A stretch of DNA of 64,000 nt from Bugula neritina (lineage: Eukaryota; Animalia; Bryozoa), in assembly GCA_964035545.1 (NCBI GenBank), contig OZ037767.1, positions 26,676,628-26,740,627 on the forward strand, given 5' to 3'. The position numbers and the translations under genes were made by a program. Under the pieces are notes generated by a model. The model was given only the letters and a program-made list of their open reading frames with translations, did no database searches and was not told the DNA's origin. Positions 39,528-55,700 of the stretch are shown piece by piece. Positions within the stretch are counted from its first letter, which is position 1. The number at the start of each line of letters is the position of its first letter.

Positions 39528-41167
39528 GGTGTAGGTTTATCAAACACCAAGAAATATTATTTCTTCTAGCTTTGCTTTTCCGAACTCTCATTCTACACAT
39601 GCATATATTGTATAAATATTACCTCAAGATAAAAATCCTAAAATTGTTTTCTAATAAAGATTAAAATACAAAAACTATACAATAACAACATCAATTTGTA
39701 AAACAAATATGCCTATGATATTGGTATCACATTTTAATTTAAATTAAAATTCTAAGAATTGTAATATTAATAGAAATTAAAATAGTATAATTAATTTAAA
39801 TTAAAATTAAATTATTTTAAAACATCACCTAATTATTATAATAAGTCATAAGTATAAGTAAATTATAATTATTGTTACTATTAGTAGTGGTATTACCTAC
39901 TTCTAGTTCTAACCTCCCCTAGTCCTAAGCTTAAAGTTAAGGACCAATGGCTAAGCCCAATGAATAGATTACTATTGCTATTAGTATAACTATAACTATA
40001 AGTATTACTATTACAAATACTATTAATATTAGATGATAATAAATTAAAATAGAATTATTAATATTATTAACTATAAAATTAAATATTATAATAATAAATA
40101 AAAAATAGTAATACTCATACTCATAGCGATACTCATACTGATACTCATAGACCATAGTGATAGTTCTACTGATACTCATACTGATACTAAAAGTAAAAGT
40201 AAATCTAATACTTTAACGTATACTTAGTCTTGCAGTTATAGTAATACTAATACTAGTACTAATAGTTATACTTATACTTATAGTTATACTTAATCTTATA
40301 CTTATAGCCAATGATCTGCCCATGCCATATTCATATTGATATACTTAGAGACTTTCTATTATATGCTAATTAGAAAATTATATTTATATACAAAATTATG
40401 AAGACCTGCGTTACGAAATAATTAATGCAAACAAATCAATCAGAGTTCATTAGGTAACAGTTAGTACTTTCTCTTTGAAAAATTGTGGAAGATGAGGCGA
40501 GAAAATGCCAACTTACCAAGGCGTTCGCAGTAAAACCAGCACTGGCGCGTCACGCTCACGGTCTTTATCGCATTCTCTCTTTATACATAACCAGACATCC
40601 AACTACACAATGTAAATTTAGTTAGGGGCTTATCTTGTCCTTTCGGTAAAATTAACAATAACGCTGCGTCTTGTAATCAAAATGGCAGCCTCCATAACAA
40701 AATGCGTGAAACTTGTACCGTAATTAAAATGTTTGCAATATATCTAAATGTTCAGGTGCTACAAGTTATGATTGCAAATTTTATGTTTTAAAAAGCCAGT
40801 CATGAGTCATCTGTTTGCTAAAATTCAAAAGCAAGTTAAAGCAGTCACATTTACATCATGATTATATGTTACTATTAGATTTACTATTAGTATTACTATT
40901 AGTATAAGTATTAGTATTACTATTACTATTAGTATTACTATTAGTATTAGTATTAGACTTACTCTTACTCTTAGTATTACTATTAGTATTAGTATTACTA
41001 TTACTATTAGTATTATTATAATAAATAATTATATATTTTATAATGATACTCACTCTGTGTCGATAGAACATTTAGATATCACAAAAATGTGTAAGTTAAA
41101 TGCCTCGTTTATAACAGTGTGTTACAGTGGGTAGGCAGTGAATCAGCATATCACTGATTTTTTTTAA

Positions 41168-41389
41168 TTATTCATGAATATTTATTCTCAAATTCCGTAT
41201 TGTTCGGGGAAGGAAGCTGTTGTGGTAGACACTAGTCTTTGCAGATATTGATGTTAACTGTCCTCTGCTCGCAGCTCTAGTGGTCATAGTTGTATTTAAT
41301 CGGTTGTTGACGATCTCATCATAATTAGAAGATAAAGTATTATTGCTGGTTTCATTTTCTAGAATTTTGATAAAATTAAATATAATCAA
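41168..41389 (-). mobile_element. 5'-truncated LINE (CR1/L2-like group) ORF2 C-terminal fragment
   Basis: Translation ends ...ISAKTSVYHNSFLPRTIRNLR, resembling the recalled SF(F/L)PRTIxxWN motif at the end of many non-LTR retrotransposon ORF2 proteins; no RT core is present. Confidence 0.65.
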
Positions 41390-42198
41390 TAATTATTAAT
41401 TATATTATTATGTTATTAATACTAACTGTCTAATAAGATAATCATAATCAGTGATAATGATAAACTCTAAACTAAAAATAATGATAACCTAAAATTAAAT
41501 CATAAGGATAATCATAAGGATAGTCATTTTCATATGATTATGATATGGCTATGCATCTATAAAAGTAAAAAAAATAAAATGTGCCTAGCCCTAAGCCCAT
41601 AGGCATATGTCATATGATTAAAGATTATCAATATGAGTATGATTTAGATTATGATACAATACATAATGATAATCATGATGGTAATTGTATGCCTATGAAC
41701 TTATACCTGTGAGTATGAGAACGTTATTCAGCTATCAGTATCACTATTAGTATTTGGTATCACTATGAATACGAGAGTATCACTATGAATATGACTATAT
41801 TCTAACTTTTATACAACTGCAAAGTTCATACTGTTGTTATTATTTATAAATAGTTAATAAAATTTTCAATTATTATAGTTGTTTGAATTTATGGAGTTTT
41901 TTACTTTGTTATCACCAAATACCTCTATCAATATGGATATAATCATAGTGATTAGTAAAGATGAGTTGTTGCCTTTTTGCAAATGAAATTTATCATCGTT
42001 TTTCAACCATAGTTAGAAAAAGTGTGCTATTCTTGCATCCTGTAGCCATAAATGGGTGCATTTCACCTTGCAGCAACTGTGTTTATATTATGTAATATGA
42101 CAGTAGAGAAAAATTTTACGTCCCCCGACTGGGCTGTCGTTTTGATTAAAATGTTTCAAGAGAAGAAAGCAACTGATATTTATACCTTTTGTCAGATA

Positions 42199-47233
<5,035 letters not shown>

Positions 47234-47318
47234 TTTTATATTCAGTGATTATTATTATATTCAATAAAATGGATATTATGACACAAGCAATTGGTATGGA
47301 TTATATTAAGCCTGACCA

Positions 47319-50134
47319 TTACACGACGTCGCTGACGTTATCCTCTTGGGTCTTATGATTAGTTGAACTGCCAGAATGTTGGTTGTTGACCATTTCTATA
47401 CCCATGATCATCATTTGAATGTAAGCAGCACAGTAATCTAACAGCTCTTCTTTGCTGCCGGGAAACCAAGTTGCTGACCCAGATTCTGATTGACTACTCG
47501 CTTGCCCTAGTAAATCACAAAAAGCCGGGTTATAATAAGGAAAATGGGCAAAAGCTTTAGAATCAAATTAAATTGCTGATGAGTTGTGTAATATATCAAA
47601 GGCTCACCACTAGCTTGATCCCCAAACTCAGTTTGGGCATTTCTGGCAGCTGCCGTCTTGCTACTTTCCCATTCCTGTAGAACTCGGGCTATTGGGGAAT
47701 TGTACAGGAACTCGTCTCCTGCTGCCTCCGCCATCTCTGAATATTTGCTGATGATGTCGTTTAAGAAATTAGTGTCCTCAAAATGTCCTTCTAATGCAAA
47801 CTGTGAAAAATATGTGAATTTGCATGGAGTATTTCTTTACACAGCAAATTCAAGTTATTTTCTACACAAAAATAACCAACATTGTTTATCAAAACATCAA
47901 GTAGGAGTTTTGTGCTTATTGAATTATTAGCTTTCATCTTGAGGTGTTTTTAAAGTAGGTGTTTTCAAGTAGGAATTTTGTATTGCTTTGGCACAGTTCA
48001 AAGAGTATGCAACTCTTAAAATGAATGCAATACATAGCCACTGTACTGGAATTTAGATCAGCATTTATCGCTTTCTAGTGGCATGCAGACTAGTTGGCCC
48101 TTTTATAGAGAATATATTGTGGGCTTTGTTTTAACTTCTCTAAATTCTCCTTAATTGCATTAATTAGATAAACATGCCTTTTAGGTTTCAAAAGTTACCT
48201 GGAAGTACCTTTCAGCCTCATCAAAGTTATTTAATAAGCAAAGAGACACTCCAATCAGATTGAGAGAGTTCATTCTCAAATGTTTGGTTGTGGTGTCTTC
48301 TGTAGGGATATGGGAGTCTGTCAGCACCTATAATAGTGTTTATAATACATGAAGCAAATATTTCTAAACACAACAAAACCTTGTAGTAAATGAAATTTAA
48401 AGTTTGGAAATTATTTGTCAAAGTAAGTTTTTCATAAAATTTTTTTTATAGTAACACTCATTTTTATAAATAATAACCAACTAATAGAATTGTATTTTAA
48501 TTGCTATTTAAGGTTGTGCTCCTGTCTCTTAATATGCAACTAACTGCTAACACCATCTGGCAGCCCAATCATAAAATTCTCATGTGCGCTTAGCTAGTCG
48601 TTGGATTAAATCTGCAAATTGTTTTCATCAAAAACTAGATATTTTACCAAATGCACATGATTGGTTTTCACTATACAAAACCCAACCCTTATTCATATTT
48701 TGTAAATATATAAATTTATTCAATTGTTGGAGTTTGTATTATAGCTTTCATCATGGCATTTACAACTTATTTTTAGCACTGCAAGTATCATGAACGCTGA
48801 TTTTGCACTACACACACACCTACACCCATTTGTCTTCCAATATAATAATCAAATGCAAATCAACTGCTCCTCTAAAAACTGATTAAAAGTATTTATAACA
48901 ATACTATGTTCTCAACATACTAATGTCTGCCTGTATTTTTCTATAGCAGTTTTGTAGTTTCCTTGTCCAGCATAAAGTATTCCTTTTACAAGCAATACTT
49001 CAGGAGTTGCGTCCTCCCAATTAGTAATGACCAGTGTTGCATGCGTTGGCATGTCATTTGAGACCTATGACATGAGAGTAATGGTAGATATTGTTTTAAC
49101 AACAAATGTATTTATTCTATACACATGTAAACATTTATCGCAATATTCAATAATAGTCATCATTATATTCACTTTTTCCTGCTACCCGAACAGGACAAAG
49201 CGGAGATGGGTGAAAAAAAATTTCACTTTTTCTTAAAAGCCCTATATGGTTCAGCTAAAGAGAGGGGAGGAAGCATTTAATAGCAGGGAAACCCAAGTGC
49301 ATGAACAGGAAAAGCCCTTACGATCAGAAAAAATTCTTTTTATTTAGAAAGGTCTTTTGTTTTTAGTAAAAGGCTCTTGCTTTTAGGAGAAAACCATTGC
49401 TGTCCGGTAAAACAGTTTCTGGGTCTCACAAAAATGACAAAATGGCAAACTTTTTAGAATAAATTATTATGTATTCATAAAACTAGCTTATTATTCCCAA
49501 TTCCACTTTCTTCACATTATATACTGTATTATTTGCAGTTTAGCTAACAGTAACACTAACAGTATGACACTATATTATATCTTCGTATCATACTCACCAT
49601 ATCGGCGAGCTGTTCCAGTAGACGCTTGACCTTCTCAAGGGCATATTGACAACTTTCGCAACCTTCAGTGCTAAACTTTCTAGATATTTTGATAGATTTG
49701 TGGAGCATGTCTTCAATAATACAATTATATAAATGAGTAAATGCTGATATAATATTGTTGCTTGTATATTATGAGCTGGTAATATTTCATATGCAGGTAT
49801 ATACTTTTGAAGATGCCCTCAGAAAAAATCCAACAAGAATGTTGCACTTCTGTGCAATTATTATATACACTTCACCTTAAACTACAGCTTTATGCTTGAA
49901 AAATTATTTGGATATTTATTGATAGAAACGAAAGTAGTAATAATATACACTATTGGCAGATCTACCTTGACAGCTGGCTGACTGAATGTTTGAGACACAT
50001 TCCTGTAGAAATATGGCAGGGTTTGAGCGGATTTTTGGTAGAGGCGTTTTAGCATGGCTTAGAATAGACTGCTCCTCATCAGATACCTCTATGATAGGCT
50101 TCCCTCTTACTAGAATTGATATAATGTCTCGCAT
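47319..50134 (-). CDS. Uncharacterised TPR-containing protein, ~311 aa, 6 exons
   Basis: Phase-consistent exons 49966-50134, 49598-49710, 48921-49064, 48199-48327, 47608-47800, 47319-47506 (936 nt); TPR-like segments PEVLLVKGILYAGQGNYKTAIEKYRQTL and SLNLIGVSLCLLNNFDEAERYFQFALE. Confidence 0.75.
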
Positions 50135-50978
50135 TATGTTAATCTCTTATGTTATAGTTGGTCGATGTTCTCTTTCTCTCCCTATCTCTATTTATTTCTG
50201 TACTTATATAGTTATATGTATGCTACATAATTCATTATGGTCATATATGACTGGTAGTTTTGCTGTTGGTATATTGCTATATATTCATGGAATGAAAAAT
50301 CACTAAATTTAATAAAAAATATTGTGCCATTTACTTAAACTCTACAATGACTCATAGTTGATCTTTATTAAATATTAAATATATAGCAATCATGTACTAT
50401 AGAGCATTGTCAGTATAACTGATAACTAAACTTCTGTTGCATTATAATTTATAACTGTAGCTCACAGTTCCTACATGATTTATAATCAGTATTTTTATAC
50501 CTTAATAATACTCCAGTATTATACATAATATTTGTATTAGTATGCATAGTTACACGATAATATTATTATATACTTATACTAACCAACTTCACCGTCAGAC
50601 TCACTTAGCGACGTCGTCAGTTCGGTGTAGTCAGCGACAGCCATTAGAATGTTATTACTACTATATAGTATATGTAGTATATATGTATATATGTATATTT
50701 GTTTGTATGATGGCTTCTTTGTAACTACTAAAATGGATCAGTCAGAGATAACTTTGTGCACAATAATTGTTACTCACTGATTAAAATAATTATTGGCAAC
50801 AATTGGACTGAAATGTTTAAGTTAATGTGTTACATTTTTTTGTAGTTCTGGTACTAATGTCACTTGTTTGCAGTCACAACACTTTATTTTACGTACTCCT
50901 AATGCTATCTGACTTTAGAAAATTTTTTATAAAACTTGAAAATAGCAAAACCATGTGTAGTGATGAGCTTACCCAGTG

Positions 50979-51051
50979 GTCCCCATGGTGTAACGGTTAG
51001 CACACTTGCTTGCGAGACCAGAGGTCTCGGGTTCGATTCTCAGTGGGGGCA
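50979..51051 (+). pseudogene. tRNA-like sequence (probable pseudo-tRNA or SINE head), apparent anticodon GCG
   Basis: 73-nt cloverleaf spacing: acceptor GTCCCCA/TGGGGGC, D-arm GTGT-AACGGTTA-GCAC, T-loop TTCGATT; anticodon stem only 3/5 paired, one T-stem mismatch. Confidence 0.65.
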
Positions 51052-52747
51052 ATTATTTTACACCATGCATATAATAATTGTTTTCACAGTAGTCATTGCT
51101 GATGCTGTATCCAATGACATAGTACATGTACTGTAGTAATAAGTTAATAAAATACTGGCACAAATTATCCACACTCTAGAATATAAATAATATTATATTT
51201 ATAAAAAGGTAACTAGCCAGCAATGTTATGTTTTGGCATACATATTGTGGTTTTTAGCCATTGGTACTAATAAGTTTATGTTTGAAAAATAAAGTATTTT
51301 CAGAGATTGTAAGCCTATCTGCATAGTTTTTGCATTAGAGTAGCCATTTTTTGTTGGTCAAGATGTTTGTAGAGATTATTATTTTAGAAATTTTTTTGCA
51401 TATAAATTAAATAATATCAAGTTTAAATGTTTAGCACAAAGACATTTTCTTATAAAATTATTATATTATAGAGTTTGAACTCACTTTTGCGGGGTGGGGG
51501 TTATCTTTTCTTTAACATTTACTTACAGGGAAACGCGATAGGGTAAGCAGTTGTATTTGTAGCAGCCAGTATTGTCGTAATTTTTAAGAAATGAAAATTA
51601 TTTAAAAAGACTGAGAAGGTATATTTTTCTTGATCCATTATATACCTTTACAGCGGTAATGTTCAAAACAATAACCATGATTACTACTGAAACTAATACT
51701 AATACTAATAGTAATGCTAATACTATTATTTAATTTTGTGAATATTATAAAAGCGCTCAAACCTGTAATCACTTTACAATATCTTTGGAATTACGAACTC
51801 TGGTGACAAAAATTTAAATATCAATTTGGCATTGCTCTTAGTTTTAGTCTTAGCCATAGGTATTTTGATTTTCTAACTTCATACTCATAGCACAGTAAAT
51901 GTAATTGTAAATGTAATAGCAGTCGAGCCTAAAAGTAAAAGTAAAATAAAAATTAAAATAACAAGTAAAAGTAAAAGTAGAAGTAAATTTAAATTAAAAC
52001 TTAAAATTAAACTAAAAACATCCACAGTTATGAGTCACACTGACACTGAACTTTGAGAAGTGAAACCTGATACTGAGTCTGAAGGCTTTCATAAGAGTTA
52101 ACTGTTAAGACAAAATTAAAATGCCAAAGTGAGCTAATTAAAATTAAAGTGATCTCATTTCAATCACAATGTCAATAATCAATTACTCAATCAAAATGAT
52201 CATATAATAATCTAATAGTAATAATTATACTTATAGTCATAGTTATACTTATAGTAATTTTATAGCTATGGCTCATGCCCACTGGCTATGGCATGATAAT
52301 CATAATCAAAATGATAATAAGCTGTTGCTGTTTTTTTAGCATTTAGGTTCATTTATGATTTAAATTTTCGCATTCACTTTTAGTTTTAGCCTTTTCTATA
52401 AGCCAGTCTTATGAGTTTTGTCTAATATTAATTATATGGTTATAGTAATAGTTATACTGATTTAAGATATTTGTTGCTATAATTATACTCATAAAAAATC
52501 ACATGATAATTAGGTGTCATTATGATGTTCATGTGTTTTGTCACTCACTGACTATAATAAATAATATTTTAAATTGTTATTTTGTATTCTCTATTTTTCA
52601 GTAAATCCAATATAATAAAAATAACAATGGCAAGACTACATGATTTTTAGGACTTGTATTACTCAAATCACTGAAAAAACTTTAAAATTGGTAAACTTTT
52701 AATGGGTTTTTTTGCTGTTTTAGCTGTAAAAAAAAACACATATAAGC

Positions 52748-55700
52748 ATGGCTTATAAATCAACTCCAAGAGATGTATATGGATACATATCAACTCGCAC
52801 AGTATGTAAGTAAATGTTTAAACTTATACTTTTATGGAATTCCTCTTGCCGTCATGTAAACTTTTTTCAACATAACATGCCGTTATATATTGTTTAGTTT
52901 TTACTTTCATACAAAGGTTTAACTTGAACTTACACTATTATTTAGCTCTGCCATTATTATCTGTAATAAACTCTTTTCCATATCCTTGGTATCAATTTAT
53001 AATTAGAAGTTGTGCCCACCAGCATGTACATCTTTTAATTTAATTGTATGAAGCAGGCTGACAAAAGTTCCAGAGCTTGAATGTCATATAAAATTCAAAC
53101 TATGTTGTAAAATTGCTCTTCCATGAGGTAAATGTTTTGGTAGTAGCACACGTGTTAGTGTTTCAATAAATTTTGTAAAAATGTTTCTTAGTGGAAAAGT
53201 TCAAAAAAATAAACTTGAAAGCTGTTTATTGAGCAATGCTGCTGTGGCAGCAAGAATTAAGATCTCATTAATCATGCTGCCAGCTCACCACTTTGATTAA
53301 TTAGGCAATCACACAATAGCCAGTAGCCCAAGTTTACCTAAGACATAAGTCACTGTGCTGCCCTGTCGAGTAGATAGCTGGAGCATTTGTCTGCTAGGCA
53401 TATGTATAATATATGGTCGACTTCTCACCTGAAGGATAACCTCTTCTGTATTTGGGCCACATAAAGGTTTAGATATTGTATGTATGTAATATATATAATG
53501 TACTCGTTGCTCATCTGTATTTAGAGCAGGTAAAAGCTCAAATAGCGCTTATTTCTGGTCTGCAATGTTAAGTAGAGCTTGCTAATTTGTCTCTATGCTT
53601 TTGATCATAGGTGACAATGACACCGGCCCGCAGATGTTTGAGATTATAGATGACGACAGCGACAGTGGCGAGGATGAAGGCGTGCCAGCACAGCAGTCTG
53701 TGACCAAGAAGAAAATTATTCCTCCTTGGAGAAAGGAAAATGTGACAGCACCAGTCTCTCGGTTCGTTTATTCATAGCAACTGTTGGTAGTCATAAATAG
53801 TAACTGTTAGTATAAATAGTAACAGTTAGTAGTCATATATAGTAACTGTTAGTAGTCATATATAGTAACTACTAGTAATAATGTATTCTATAGATGAATT
53901 TTATATTAGTAAAGGAGAAAGGCTGTTGAAGTATATATTTTATTGCTGTATCTACTTACATTTTGCTTTGCATTACTAAATATTACATTATTACATCTTA
54001 CATATTACATGCAGCTATCAGGGACCTGCCCTTCATAGTGGGAAAAAACATAACTCAAGGTCAACATATTTGGTTGGAAACAAAAGCCAACATTCAAATA
54101 AGGTATGTTGGCTATGTATGGGTTTATAGAAATCCTTTACTATATACATTAGTATAATATATGCAACACTTTACTATTATATATAAAGCACGTTGTTAAT
54201 GTAATATAAGACATTCTAGTGTGTAATATAAGACATTCTAGTGTGTAATATAAGACACTCTAGTGTGTAATATAAGTCACTCTAGTGTGTAATATAAAGC
54301 ACTCTAGTGTGTAATATAAGTCACTCTAGTGTGTAATATAAGACACTCTAGTCTGTCATATAAGTCACTCTAGTCTGTAATATAAGTCACTCTAGTCTGT
54401 AATATAAGACACTCTAGTCTGTCATATAAGTCACTCTAGTGTGTAATATAAGTCACTCTAATGTGTAATATAAGTCACTCTAGTGTGTAATATAAGACAC
54501 TCTGGCCTGTAATATAAGACACTCTAGTCTGTAATATAAGACACTCTAGTCTGTAATATAAGACACTCTAGTCTGTAATATAAGACACTCTAGTCTGTAA
54601 TATAAGACACTCTAGTCTGTAATATAAGACATTCTAGTGTGTAATATAAGTCACTCTAGTCTGTAATATAAGACACTCTAGTCTGTAATATAAGACACTC
54701 TAGTCTGTAATATAAGTCACTCTAGTCTGTAATATAAGACATTCTAGTGTGTAATATAAGACACTCTAGTGTGTAATATAAGTCACTCTAGTGTGTAATA
54801 TAAGTCACTCTAGTGTGTAATATAAGACACCCTAGTCTGTAATATAAGACACTCTAGTCTGTAATATAAGTCACTCTAGTCTGTAATATAAGACATTCTA
54901 GTGTGTAATATAAGACACTCTAGTGTGTAATATAAGTCACTCTAGTGTGTAATATAAGTCACTCTAGTGTGTAATATAAGACACCCTAGTCTGTAATATA
55001 AGACACCCTAGTCTGTAATATAAGACACTCTAGTCTGTAATATAAGACACTCTAGTCTGTAATATAAGACACTCTAGTATGTAATATAAGACACTCTAGT
55101 CTGTAATATAAGGCACTCTAGTCTGTAATATAAGACACTCTAGTCTGTAATATAAGACACTCTAGTCTGTAATATAAGACACTCTAGTCTGTAATATAAG
55201 ACACTCTAGTCTGTAATATAAGACACTCTAGTCTGTAATATAAGACACTCTAGTGTGTAATATAAGGCACTCTAGTGTGTAATATAAGACACTGATTCTT
55301 TATCCAGGAGAATGTGCCGGAGCTGTCTTTAGTTGAAGAATCAGAAATCTCAACGCAGAATTTGAAACTCCATCCAAAAGTATGTCTGTTGGAATATCAT
55401 ATTCCCGTGTTAATAGTTTTAGTTGCACTAGTATATTATCAATAATTTAATGAATAAATTTATAGATTATTGCTTCTATAAAATTAGTAGATATTTTGTT
55501 AGTAGTATTGCAGAGTTAATGTGGTTCGATGTATATTACTACTATGCTATGTATCAGTATATTATATTACTACTATACTATGTATCAGTATATTATATTA
55601 CTACTATATATCAGTATATTATATTATATTACTGCAGCTCTCCAGTAAGATGAGTCACTCACAGCCAATCTCACTCATCAACACTCTTCATACAGGACGA

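Noticed and set aside
48532-48594. Candidate extra exon of the TPR gene (LSAHENFMIGLPDGVS)
   Set aside because: Its phase would frameshift the next exon; the flanking exons join in frame without it.
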